Of a stretch of DNA of 64,000 nt, positions 27,655 to 37,291 are shown piece after piece. The position numbers and the translations under genes were made by a program. Under the pieces are notes generated by a model. That model was not told where the DNA came from, made no database searches, and saw nothing but the letters and a program-made list of their open reading frames with translations. Position 1 is the first letter of the stretch; each line of letters begins with the position of its first letter. The stretch covers positions 48,258 to 112,257 of the forward strand of contig CAYYOG010000004.1 of the NCBI GenBank assembly GCA_964473325.1, given 5' to 3'. This stretch comes from an uncultured Thermotogae bacterium. Lineage in GTDB: Bacteria; Bipolaricaulota; Bipolaricaulia; RBG-16-55-9; DRXL01.

Positions 27655-27708
27655 ATCTTATTGTACGCGCTGGGGCGGGGGGCAGGGCAAACGACGTCGG
27701 TGACTTGT

Positions 27709-27737
27709 CGGAATCCCCACCGCGCGCTATAATTTCA
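27709..27737 (+). promoter_or_regulatory. Probable sigma70 promoter
   Basis: TTGTCG-17 nt-TATAAT upstream of the ORF at 27763; coordinates approximate. Confidence 0.55.
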
Positions 27738-27762
27738 GCTTACTATAGTGAGGTGACTTGCT

Positions 27763-28521
27763 ATGCAGCGATGGGTCTCTCTTTTGGTGCTTGGTGTTCT
27801 TGTAGTCGGTTGGCCGAGCTCCTCTGCCCAGCCCCCTGATATCTCTGGGCCATGGGCTCATCTTCAAGTTACGTCATCTCTCACCAATGCCCCTGTGCTG
27901 GGTACGATCAACCTCAAGACCATCACAACTCTACGACTAGAAGTTACACAACAGGGTTCAGAGCTTTCGATTGTCTTCGAGCCTTGTGCCGTCGAGAGCG
28001 AGAGCAGCAGCCCATTCTTTAGAGTGATCTTCCCCGAAGCGTTCGTGAAGCATATGGGGATCGATACCAAGCCGGCACGGCTCGAATCTGGTGGGAGGAG
28101 TTGGCAACTCTTCCAGCCGCGCTACACAATCGTGCGCGGGGTGCGCCTACAAGACCCAGAGAGAGACCCATTGCCCACTGATCCCAATGATCCGAGAATC
28201 TTCGACCAAGATAAAGACGGCAAGCCGGGTATGACAATTCGCGTCAATGTGTTGGGTATTATCGAAGGGGAGATCTATATCATTCAACGAGACTGGAACA
28301 GCCTGCGCAGCACGACGCTCGATACTATGATCATAGACGGGCTCATCGAGTGGGGTAGTGAGCAAGTCGTGCTCGGGGCGAGCAACCCGCTCTTAGCAGG
28401 CCAGAGCGAGAACGTCCCTGATCCCAAGAAAGAGAACAGTTACTTCCGCACGACACGCATTGAACCCAACACGACGTGTGAGCAGATCGTGAAAAATCGC
28501 GATAAGCTCTTCGCTCGGTGA
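27763..28521 (+). CDS. Exported hypothetical protein
   Basis: GAGGTG SD; signal peptide; DQDKDGKPG acidic loop; two Cys; overlaps the next gene. Confidence 0.7.
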   Translation: MQRWVSLLVLGVLVVGWPSSSAQPPDISGPWAHLQVTSSLTNAPVLGTINLKTITTLRLEVTQQGSELSIVFEPCAVESESSSPFFRVIFPEAFVKHMGIDTKPARLESGGRSWQLFQPRYTIVRGVRLQDPERDPLPTDPNDPRIFDQDKDGKPGMTIRVNVLGIIEGEIYIIQRDWNSLRSTTLDTMIIDGLIEWGSEQVVLGASNPLLAGQSENVPDPKKENSYFRTTRIEPNTTCEQIVKNRDKLFAR

Positions 28522-29975
28522 TCCCGATGAGATGGCCTCGCTGGAGCTTTGTCATCGTCGCTCTGATATTTGTAGTGTTGGGGCTGGCAGCGCATGCAGA
28601 GCGCAGCGGGCCTGCTGCGTTGAAGATCACGCCCTTCGTCCAGAAAGCGCTTGCTGAACATAAGCGCGCTGACGTCTTGGTTATTCTCAAAGAGAAAGCT
28701 CACCTCGGCGATACTCAGCGTTTTGCGACGCACGTAGAACGCGGGCGCTACGTCTACGAAACGCTCACGAAAACGGCTCAACGCTCCCAACGGGAGCTTC
28801 GACGCGAGCTCGACGCCAAGGGCATACCGTATCGAGCGCATTATTTAGTGAATATGATCGCTATTCCAAACGCCGATGCCCAGCTCATTCAGGCGCTCGC
28901 GGTGCGAGACGACGTGGCGCGCATCGAGCTCAATCCCAGAGTGAAACAGCTCTCGCTATACTATGAGCCTGAGCAAGAGCGGCAGACTACAGTGCTTTGG
29001 AATCTTCAGCTCATCAACGCTAACAAGGTCTGGGAGATGGGGATCACCGGCAAGGGGGTTGTCGTCGCTGGGGCCGATACGGGCGTGGACTGGCTCCACC
29101 CCGCGCTCATCAATCAATATCGTGGCTACAGCAGCGAAGACGAGATCGCTGATCATAACTATAATTGGTTCGACGCTGTCGAAAACTCTTCAGAGCCTAT
29201 AGATCCTGGCGCTCACGGGACGCTCACGTTGGGGGTTGTCGTAGGAACTGAAGAGTCTATACGCACAGGGGTCGCATTCGAGTCTCAATGGATCGCGTGT
29301 CGGAATATGGACTACGACGGCTACGGCACGCCAGAGAGCTATATCGGGTGCATGGAGTTCTTTCTCGCTCCGTTTCCGTTAGGTGGCGACCCCATGACCC
29401 AGGGCGATCCCAGCAAGGCGCCGCAAGTTATTAATAATTCGTGGGGCTGTCCGCCGTATGAGGGCTGTGAGCCTGACACGTTGAAAGAAGCTGTGGGACG
29501 CGTGCGTGCCGGGGGAATTCTCTTCGTCGCAGCGGCGGGCAACGAAGGGCCAAGCTGTAGCTCTATCATACATCCGCCGGCGATCTATGAAGCAGCGTTC
29601 ACTGTCGGTGCGATGACCCGCGATGATAAGATCGCGCATTTTAGCAGTCGCGGGCCAGTGACGATTTGGGGGACAGAGCAGATCGAGCCGGACGTGAGCG
29701 CGCCGGGGGTGAGCATTCGTGGCCCCATGCCCGGTGGGAGCTATCTCAGCGTCGGGGGGACTTCTTTGGCTGCGCCGCATGTGACGGGCATAGCAGCGTT
29801 GATGCTCTCAGCGGCGCCGTATCTGAAGGGCCGCGTCGAGGTCCTCGAGGAGCTGATCCGTCAGACAGCTGTGCCGAAGATCGGCGACTGCGGTGGCGAC
29901 CGACCCAATAACGCCGTTGGCTGGGGCCGCGTGGACGCGCTCGCCGCGGTGAAGGCCGCGCTGGAAGCAAAATAG
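28518..29975 (+). CDS. Secreted subtilisin-family (S8) serine protease with propeptide
   Basis: Triad motifs GADTGVD, AHGT, GGTSLAAPHV; oxyanion AAAGN. Confidence 0.92.
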   Translation: MIPMRWPRWSFVIVALIFVVLGLAAHAERSGPAALKITPFVQKALAEHKRADVLVILKEKAHLGDTQRFATHVERGRYVYETLTKTAQRSQRELRRELDAKGIPYRAHYLVNMIAIPNADAQLIQALAVRDDVARIELNPRVKQLSLYYEPEQERQTTVLWNLQLINANKVWEMGITGKGVVVAGADTGVDWLHPALINQYRGYSSEDEIADHNYNWFDAVENSSEPIDPGAHGTLTLGVVVGTEESIRTGVAFESQWIACRNMDYDGYGTPESYIGCMEFFLAPFPLGGDPMTQGDPSKAPQVINNSWGCPPYEGCEPDTLKEAVGRVRAGGILFVAAAGNEGPSCSSIIHPPAIYEAAFTVGAMTRDDKIAHFSSRGPVTIWGTEQIEPDVSAPGVSIRGPMPGGSYLSVGGTSLAAPHVTGIAALMLSAAPYLKGRVEVLEELIRQTAVPKIGDCGGDRPNNAVGWGRVDALAAVKAALEAK

Positions 29976-29987
29976 CTTACATCTGGT

Positions 29988-32741
29988 TTACATCCCAAAT
30001 GCCAAATAGACTCGCGGGCTTGGCTCGCCCAGCCCCTGCGCGACGCCAGCCCTCAATGCCCAGCTCACGAAATACCCTGTTGTCAGCGAGAGACTGATCT
30101 CTGCACCAAAGCCGAGCTTCAAACTGTCTATAGTGAGCGTCTCCCCAGCAAGCCCTGCGTCAATGAAGACCCCGCCGCGAAGATCGTCGAAGAAGATCGG
30201 CCAATAGCCCAGCGCGCGCTCGATCGTCGCTAAGGGGAATCTATACTCGATCGACGCAATGAGAGCTTGCTTACCCTGCTGGACTTTTTCGGCGAAGCCC
30301 CGCAACGCAAACTCTCCCATGTGCCCGCCAAGCGAAAAGCCGTCCTCGGCTTTCTCCGCGTCGCTCCAGCCGCCAATAAATCTCAAGCGCAGCGTGTGCG
30401 CCTCTACGAAGGGCAGCCGAAAGACCTCGCTCAGCGTCATGGTGAGCTTTCGATAGGGCTTGCCATCGCTGGGGCTTGTGAGTTGTCCTCTCACTGAGAG
30501 CGAGAGCGTGTCGCGCCAGAGATCTGCCCCGCGCATGCTTCGATAGCTGTATTGCGCAGTGTACGTGTCTTCTGTCCAGGGAGTGGGATGGTCCGGCTCT
30601 TTGGGTGGGCGATTCGCATGGCTGTAGCTTACGCTGAGTTGTTGCTGGCTCAAGATGCTTAGCGCCAGCGGCATCAGCGCGCTGATTTTCTGAACGCGGC
30701 CGTCGCGAGTATCGCTCATGGAGAGCGAGAGCGCAGGCAAGAACTGCGCGAGCGCATAATCAACCGAGTAGAACGGCTTGCTCTGCTCGGGGTCCCAGCC
30801 CGCGACGATCTGATACGCGTGCTTGCCCAAGACGTCTTGTCCAAGAGTAACAACCCCAACAGATTTCCCGTCGCTGAAGGGCAACCAGAGCTTGGGCAAG
30901 AGTGAGGGGATCATATCGTAAGGCTTGAGAGAGAAGTGTGTCTTTTGAAAGCCGGGCCACTCCGGAAGGGTCTCTTTGGTGATCGTGACGGGCTTCCAAC
31001 TTTGCGGGTTATAGGGCATCAGGTGAATATCATAGCCGTCGCTGCTGTAGCTCGTGAACGCGATCGTCGTTCCGTCAGGTGAGACGACAGGGTCGAAAGC
31101 GCCCGTCAAGACGTTCGTGACTTTGTAAAACGAGCCATCGTCGAGCTTATATGCGTAGATATTCGCAACGCGATACTCGCCCCTATCGGAGCTGAAGAGA
31201 ATATACTGCTCATCGGGCGCGAAGCTAGGATCGAGGTCTTCGTCTTTGTCTTGGGTGATGGGCTGGAGCTCGCCGCCTTCAGTGGGCAAGAGATAGATAT
31301 CTTGATACCCACCACGCCGCCAGAGTGAAAGCGCGAGCGCCTTGCCGTTGGGAGAGACAGCAATCGAGTGCACTGTGACGCTGTTGTCAGCAAATTCTTT
31401 GACGGGCGTGATCTTCCCAGATTTCAGATCGAGCTTGGAGATTGCCGTGCTGGCGTCGCGCCCGATGTGATGGGCAAAGTAGATCGTCTGGCCGTCAGGG
31501 GCAAACGCCGCGACATAGGCCCGCGCGCCGTGCGTCAGCCGCCGTTCCCTCTTTTGCTCTAAATCGTATAGATATATGTCGCTGAAGGCGTAATAGAAGC
31601 CGTTAAGGTCGAGCTTGGTGTAGAGCACAGAGCGCCCGTCGGGGGCAAAGGACGGCAGTTCGTTGGGACCAAAGAGAATCTCGTGATCGTTCTCGCCTTC
31701 GGCGCTTATGACTCTCAGTCCATTGCGCCCTGGCCCGCTGTGGCTATAGGCGATCTGCTTCCCATCGGGTGACCACGAAGGTTGCCCGCTCATCCAGCCG
31801 AGCTGGGTCAGCCGTACGCTCGATGTCAAACCCTCGCGGGTGATCGCTTCGATCTCAGCAGAAAATTTCTGACGCAGCCAGGCGCGAAAGCCTGCATAGG
31901 CTTCATCAGCCGACTTACCCAAAGCTTTCTTTAAGATCGTGTCAAAGTTGTCACCGAAGAAGAGCATCAAGAGTGCATTCATCACGCTTGCGGAGTTGAC
32001 GTCGTTGAATTTCTTCATGCTCTCTGGACCGTAGGTCTCCTCGATGTAGTGCAGGAACCAAGAACTAAAATTGTAGACGAGCAGGCCCACCGGTGGCCAC
32101 GCCGCGCGATTATAATAGCGCGAGATCTCATCGAATCTGGGAATCTTGTTGTCTAAGACCAGCTGGCGGACCATCATGATCGTATTGGCGTCGTTGAGGC
32201 GCGACTCGCCCAAATGCTTGTATTTCTCGTAGACAGCTAAACCCTCGATGAACGTGATAGGCTTGCTCGCATTGGGGACGACGATCCTGCCGAAGATCGC
32301 GCGCAGCAGCGCGTTCACTCCCGTTGCAATGTCCAAGTCCATGATGTGCAGCAACTCGTGATAGACCACAACGCGAATCCAGCTATCGAGGCGTACGTTG
32401 GCCCAGTCGGCCAGGCGCATCTGTGCTGGGCCAATATAAATAGTATTTTGGGGGAAGGGCGTGGCTGAGCCGACAATCGAGTCTATAAAGTCAACGATGA
32501 CGATATACACTTTGTCCGTTGGAGCCTTGCCAAACTCGCGCTTGATGATCTCATACGACTCTTCGGCGACAGTTGCCGTCTCATGGGCGATGTTCTCTAG
32601 GCCCTGATGAAAGACAATGACAAAGTGCGGCGTTTCTAGCTGCTGCCAGATGAGCGCCGGATCGAAGATTGTCACTTGGGCATAGCTCACTACAGCGCTG
32701 CAAGCCACGAGAAGCGCTATGAACAGAATGCGACGCGTCAT
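29988..32741 (-). CDS. Gluzincin (peptidase MA-like) + PD40/TolB propeller + Omp85/BamA-type barrel protein
   Basis: Signal peptide; YHELLH and FIEGLA; PSWSPDG, PSFAPDG, PVVSPDG repeats; barrel motifs LRGF and FIDAG. Confidence 0.85.
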   Translation of the reverse strand: MTRRILFIALLVACSAVVSYAQVTIFDPALIWQQLETPHFVIVFHQGLENIAHETATVAEESYEIIKREFGKAPTDKVYIVIVDFIDSIVGSATPFPQNTIYIGPAQMRLADWANVRLDSWIRVVVYHELLHIMDLDIATGVNALLRAIFGRIVVPNASKPITFIEGLAVYEKYKHLGESRLNDANTIMMVRQLVLDNKIPRFDEISRYYNRAAWPPVGLLVYNFSSWFLHYIEETYGPESMKKFNDVNSASVMNALLMLFFGDNFDTILKKALGKSADEAYAGFRAWLRQKFSAEIEAITREGLTSSVRLTQLGWMSGQPSWSPDGKQIAYSHSGPGRNGLRVISAEGENDHEILFGPNELPSFAPDGRSVLYTKLDLNGFYYAFSDIYLYDLEQKRERRLTHGARAYVAAFAPDGQTIYFAHHIGRDASTAISKLDLKSGKITPVKEFADNSVTVHSIAVSPNGKALALSLWRRGGYQDIYLLPTEGGELQPITQDKDEDLDPSFAPDEQYILFSSDRGEYRVANIYAYKLDDGSFYKVTNVLTGAFDPVVSPDGTTIAFTSYSSDGYDIHLMPYNPQSWKPVTITKETLPEWPGFQKTHFSLKPYDMIPSLLPKLWLPFSDGKSVGVVTLGQDVLGKHAYQIVAGWDPEQSKPFYSVDYALAQFLPALSLSMSDTRDGRVQKISALMPLALSILSQQQLSVSYSHANRPPKEPDHPTPWTEDTYTAQYSYRSMRGADLWRDTLSLSVRGQLTSPSDGKPYRKLTMTLSEVFRLPFVEAHTLRLRFIGGWSDAEKAEDGFSLGGHMGEFALRGFAEKVQQGKQALIASIEYRFPLATIERALGYWPIFFDDLRGGVFIDAGLAGETLTIDSLKLGFGAEISLSLTTGYFVSWALRAGVAQGLGEPSPRVYLAFGM

Positions 32742-32759
32742 GGGAGACCTCCTTTGTTA

Positions 32760-33701
32760 TTAGAAACCAAAGAGAAAGTGAAACTGCCCGTCGCCAGTGA
32801 AGACGAAGTCCGCGCGCGCTTTGGCACCTATCGCGTCGAGAGAGAGCAACAAGCTCACGCCCCACGACAGCTGATTCTGCCAGTCTCTCTTTCCCTCGCC
32901 TTGCTTATCGCTGGGCAGCTCAATCTTCCCGGCGCTGACGACTTGGAGGAAGACACCACCCTGCACAAGAAGCTCCAGCGACTGCGGCAACAAGGGCACA
33001 GGTACTGAGACGGTCGTCACGTCGAAAGCTCGCTCGAACTGTACCGACCAGAACTGATCGCCTGTGAGTGTAGTGCGTTCACCTTTGACGCCTTGAACGA
33101 AGATAAAGCCTGGGAACCTGCTCTCGTTCTCAAGAGTGCCATAGCTCACGACGATACTAAGCAGCTCGCGGCGCAGGGAGAGCTGAGTTTGGCTGTACTG
33201 AAACTGTGATGGTAAAACCCCTAGTTGCCACCATCCCACCAGCGCCCGCTGGAAGAACCCCAGCTCGATCTCGAAGGGCAAGCGCAGACTCTGACTGGAT
33301 TCATACATCACGTAGACGATATCGGGCGGATGGGGGTCATACGGCCAGGGCCAGAGCGTCCCGAAGAACCCGCTCAATGTGGGCAAGCCCCACGGGAGCT
33401 TGAGCGTAGCTTTCAGCCCCGCTTCGCCGATGCGCCCTAAGACTGCCGTGCGCGGCCAGTCGAGCATCGCTAGGGTGACATCCCAGAAGTGCAGCCCAGC
33501 TTTATATCGAATCTTCTGGCTTTGCAAGCCATAGGCCAATCCCAGCGATGGCTCCAGCCAGCCGAAAAATTTGTAGCTCCCCTCAGCGCCAAGCAGCAGC
33601 CCGTCCACGCTGTTCTCCTCGATGATAGGATTGAAGCTCTGCGCTGCTACTGGGAGTGACAACGTCAAGAGTGAAACCGATAGTACAACCAAGATCTTCA
33701 T
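32760..33701 (-). CDS. POTRA-less Omp85-like outer-membrane barrel protein
   Basis: Signal peptide; NSVDGLLLG and AYGLQSQKIRY; amphipathic strands; terminal HFLFGF. Confidence 0.55.
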   Translation of the reverse strand: MKILVVLSVSLLTLSLPVAAQSFNPIIEENSVDGLLLGAEGSYKFFGWLEPSLGLAYGLQSQKIRYKAGLHFWDVTLAMLDWPRTAVLGRIGEAGLKATLKLPWGLPTLSGFFGTLWPWPYDPHPPDIVYVMYESSQSLRLPFEIELGFFQRALVGWWQLGVLPSQFQYSQTQLSLRRELLSIVVSYGTLENESRFPGFIFVQGVKGERTTLTGDQFWSVQFERAFDVTTVSVPVPLLPQSLELLVQGGVFLQVVSAGKIELPSDKQGEGKRDWQNQLSWGVSLLLSLDAIGAKARADFVFTGDGQFHFLFGF

Positions 33702-33831
33702 AGAGCCTCCTTCGCTCTCGGTTACTTATTGTAAAGCCGAGGTGCTTTGGTAAGCAAATAGTTCTGCAAATCCCTAGCACGCAGGACACCAGTCCGTGCC
33801 TGTCACAAGGAATACTCGCTATGCTCACAGC

Positions 33832-35292
33832 ATGAAACTCTCAGCAAGGGAGATCACTCAAGCGACCGGCGGGGCTCTCATGGTAGGCTCGCTCGAGGCT
33901 CTTTGCGATGGCGTCTCGATAGACTCCCGCACAATTTGCTCAGGGCAACTCTTCGTGCCATTGCGGGGCGCTCGCCACGACGGGCACGACTTTATCGCTG
34001 AGGCGCTGCAGCGGGGAGCAGCTGGCTTTCTGTTTTCTAGGCCTTTGCCCCCTCACCCCTCTTTCCCCTCTCCCCTCCGAAGGGACTATGGGGTGAGGGC
34101 CGCCATTCATGTCCACGACACCCTGCGCGCCCTAAGCGATCTCGCCCAACGGGCCATCACGAAACTCAACGCTCAGATTGTTGCGGTTGCTGGGAGTAAC
34201 GGCAAGACCACCACCAAAGAGCTGGTCGCTTTTGTGCTCGCTCAGCGGTTTCGCACCCACGCAACACCAGGAAACCAAAACACTGAGATTGGGCTTCCCC
34301 TCACTGTGCTCAATGCCCCAGACGACACAGAGATGCTCGTCCTTGAGATGGGGACGACAGCTCTCGGAGAGGTGCGCCGGCTCTGTCAGATCGCTCCGCC
34401 TCAGATCGGCGTGCTCACCAGTGTCAGCGAGGAGCATCTGGAGACGCTGGACAACCTCGAGAGCGTCATGGAAGCCGAGACGGAGTTACTGGAAGCACTC
34501 CCTCCGTGTGGGCTTGCTGTCGTCAACGGTGACAATCCTGAAGTGCTTACGGTCGCCCACAGAAAAGCTCGCTGTCGGATTGTCACATTCGGGTTTTCCC
34601 CACAGAACGATCTCGTCGCTGAGGGCGTGACGATATCACGCCGAGGGACACGCTTTTTCATAAAAAGCCCGGGATGGCGGGACGAAATGGGCATAGCGCT
34701 CTTGGGACGCCCAGCGGTCCTCGCCGCTTTAGCAGCAATTGCCGTCGCGCAACACCTTGGGCTTTCTTTCTCAGAGATCCGCCGCGGCTTGATGAGCGCT
34801 CGTAGCGTCTGGGGACGGCTCCAGCTTCTCCCTATTCCCGACACAGCGATCACTGTCTTGCACGATGCGTACAACGCCAACCCGGCTTCGATGCGCGAAG
34901 CGATCTTCTGTGCTGCGCAGATTCGCCATCCCGACGAGGAGCTGATCTTCGTGCTCGGGGATATGCTCGAGCTGGGAGCGCTGAGCGAACGTGCGCATCG
35001 CGAGATCGGGAGATTGCTCGCTGACTCCAAGTTCCGGCCGGATCGGCTTATCGTCGTCGGGGGGTGGGCACGGCTCATAGGAGAGGAAGCGGCGCGTGCA
35101 GGCATCCCTGTAGAGTGTTGTGCGACTTCTGATGATGCTGCCCAGGCTGTACCTTTGATATGTGACAGACAATGCTTTGTCTTGCTGAAAGGCTCGCGCG
35201 GGATGCGCCTTGAAAAAGTGCTTGATGTGCTAGCACATCAAGCACTTCTATCTGCATATAGCGATAACCAAGCGCGAGCGAGCCGAACGTGA
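33832..35292 (+). CDS. murF: UDP-MurNAc-tripeptide--D-Ala-D-Ala ligase MurF
   Basis: IDSRTI, VAGSNGKTTTKE, GNQNTEIGLP, LEMG, DAYNANPASM, GDMLELG, LKGSRGMRLE. Confidence 0.93.
   Translation: MKLSAREITQATGGALMVGSLEALCDGVSIDSRTICSGQLFVPLRGARHDGHDFIAEALQRGAAGFLFSRPLPPHPSFPSPLRRDYGVRAAIHVHDTLRALSDLAQRAITKLNAQIVAVAGSNGKTTTKELVAFVLAQRFRTHATPGNQNTEIGLPLTVLNAPDDTEMLVLEMGTTALGEVRRLCQIAPPQIGVLTSVSEEHLETLDNLESVMEAETELLEALPPCGLAVVNGDNPEVLTVAHRKARCRIVTFGFSPQNDLVAEGVTISRRGTRFFIKSPGWRDEMGIALLGRPAVLAALAAIAVAQHLGLSFSEIRRGLMSARSVWGRLQLLPIPDTAITVLHDAYNANPASMREAIFCAAQIRHPDEELIFVLGDMLELGALSERAHREIGRLLADSKFRPDRLIVVGGWARLIGEEAARAGIPVECCATSDDAAQAVPLICDRQCFVLLKGSRGMRLEKVLDVLAHQALLSAYSDNQARASRT
34049..34101. repeat. 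Palindromic repeat family A, copy 5 (in frame within murF)
   Basis: Perfect inverted ends CCCTCACCCC/GGGGTGAGGG; encodes PPHPSFPSPLRRDYGVRA. Confidence 0.8.
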
Positions 35293-35377
35293 CCAAGCTG
35301 GGCCGGGTGCTGACTCCATCAGCTAAAGCTATACTTTTCTTGACTCCACCAGCGTTTTTCATTACACTGGAGCTGTC

Positions 35378-36286
35378 ATGAGCGGCGCAAAGGCCCGCTT
35401 TGCCCTGCTCTCTGTGGGCGCAGCGGTGGCCACAATAGCCCTGAAATTCACGGCGTATTTGCTCACCGGCTCGGTGGGGATTCTCTCCGATACCTTAGAG
35501 TCTTTCGTGAACTTGGCAGGAGCCCTGATCGCCCTGACGGCGCTGAAGATCGCTGCGCGCCCTGCGGACAAGACTCATCCCTACGGCCACGACAAAGCCG
35601 AATACTTCTCAAGCGGCGTCGAGGGCACGCTCATTCTTATCGCGGCTACGAGCATCGGTTATGCGGCTATTAGGCGCTTGCTCTCTCCTGTCCCCCTCGA
35701 ACAACTCGGCTGGGGATTGGCTTTCACAGCCAGTGCGTCACTGCTCAATCTTATCGTCGCGCGAGCGCTGCTAAGCGCTGCAAAACGCTATGATTCGATC
35801 ACTCTCGAAGCCGACGCCAAACACTTGCTCACGGATGTCTGGACGAGTGTGGGCGTCATTGCTGGATTGCTTGCGCTTACGGTGACGGGCTGGCAGTGGC
35901 TCGATCCTGTGATCGCACTCGCAGTCGCTGGGCATATTGTTATTACCGGGGTCAGTTTAGTGCGCCGCTCAATAGACGGTCTGATGGACTATACCCTGCC
36001 CCCTGAAGAACTAGCTCAGCTCGAAGGGATTCTCAAGAATCATCGTGATCAGTTTGTCGCATACCATCAGTTGCGGGCGCGCAAGTCCGGTCCACGGCGC
36101 TTCATCGATCTCCATCTAGTCGTCCCTGGTGAACAGACGGTGCAACAAGCGCATGACTTGTGCGAACAGTTAGAGATGGAGATCGAGGCTGCTCTGCCCA
36201 ATGCGAGCGTCACGATTCACGTCGAGCCTGCCGAAGACGCTGCCTCATGGGACGAAGAGAAACATAGAACCCTAGCCATGCGCTAA
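35378..36286 (+). CDS. Cation diffusion facilitator (FieF-like)
   Basis: SDTLES, HPYGHDKAEY, ADAKHLLTD, HQLRARKSG, DLHL, TIHVEP; TTGACT-17-TACACT upstream. Confidence 0.9.
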   Translation: MSGAKARFALLSVGAAVATIALKFTAYLLTGSVGILSDTLESFVNLAGALIALTALKIAARPADKTHPYGHDKAEYFSSGVEGTLILIAATSIGYAAIRRLLSPVPLEQLGWGLAFTASASLLNLIVARALLSAAKRYDSITLEADAKHLLTDVWTSVGVIAGLLALTVTGWQWLDPVIALAVAGHIVITGVSLVRRSIDGLMDYTLPPEELAQLEGILKNHRDQFVAYHQLRARKSGPRRFIDLHLVVPGEQTVQQAHDLCEQLEMEIEAALPNASVTIHVEPAEDAASWDEEKHRTLAMR

Positions 36287-36309
36287 GTTCTTATCTTTAT
36301 TTCAGCCTC

Positions 36310-37287
36310 CTAGATTGCTGTGCAGGATCCTAACGCCCGCTTCACCAAGCCCTTAGCTAACGGCACTTTATACGCGTTATCCCGCAATGGCTGTGCCCCG
36401 GCAACCGCAGCCTCAGCAGCGCGCTCGGCCAGCTCCTCAGAAAACTTCTGCCCCAGTAATATCTTCTCGCTATCTTTGGCACGCCAGGGGATCGCGGCAA
36501 CCCCGCCCAAGACCAATCTCGCGTCGGTGATGCGCTCGTCCTCAAAGCTCAGCTGCGCCGCAACGCTCACAATCGCAAACGACCAGCTTCCGCGCTCCAT
36601 CGCCTTCAGATACACCCCGCGTGCCTTCTTCTTGGGAGCGGGCACGCGAATCTCAACAATAAGCTCGCCCGGCCCAAGGATCGTCATCTGGCGACGGCTC
36701 TCTGTTGGTTTGGTGTACAGCTCTTCAAGGGAGATCTCGCCGTCAAGATCTGGCCCGACGACGCGAATCGTCGCATCGAGCGCGATCAACGCTGGAGCTA
36801 AATCTGACGGATGCACAGCATGACAGCGATCAGCTCCCAAGACTGCGTGATATTTATTCTCCCCGTCTTCAGCAAAGCATTTTTCTCCGCCCTTGAGCCA
36901 GCATGGGAAGAGTTTATGCCGATAGTACCAGCAGCGAGGTTTCTGACATAGATTGCCCCCAAGAGTGCCCATGCTTCTGAGCTGGGGTGTTGCGGCAGAA
37001 GAAGCCGCTTGAGCGAGGATAGAGAACTTCTCGCGAATATTTGGATGCCTCTCGATCTCGGCGAGCGTTACAAGCGCACCGAGCCGCAGCCCGGCTTTGG
37101 GGCTATAGTGAATCTCGCGAAGCTTTGAAAGCGTCTTGAGATTGACCAAGCGTTGTGGGCTGCGCAGGTGCGCTTTGAGTTCTCCTAACAGATCCGTGCC
37201 TCCGGCGATGGCCTCTGTTGCAGGTTCGCTCAATAGTGCAATGGCTGTCTTGATATTCGGTGCATTGACGTGCTCAAAAGATCGCAT
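36310..37287 (-). CDS. Xanthine dehydrogenase-family FAD subunit (PaoB/YagS-like, with 4Fe-4S insert)
   Basis: AIAGGTDLL, PQLRSMGTLGGNLCQKPRCWYYR..C..KGGEKC, HPSDLAPAL. Confidence 0.9.
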   Translation of the reverse strand: MRSFEHVNAPNIKTAIALLSEPATEAIAGGTDLLGELKAHLRSPQRLVNLKTLSKLREIHYSPKAGLRLGALVTLAEIERHPNIREKFSILAQAASSAATPQLRSMGTLGGNLCQKPRCWYYRHKLFPCWLKGGEKCFAEDGENKYHAVLGADRCHAVHPSDLAPALIALDATIRVVGPDLDGEISLEELYTKPTESRRQMTILGPGELIVEIRVPAPKKKARGVYLKAMERGSWSFAIVSVAAQLSFEDERITDARLVLGGVAAIPWRAKDSEKILLGQKFSEELAERAAEAAVAGAQPLRDNAYKVPLAKGLVKRALGSCTAI

Positions 37288-37291
37288 AGTT

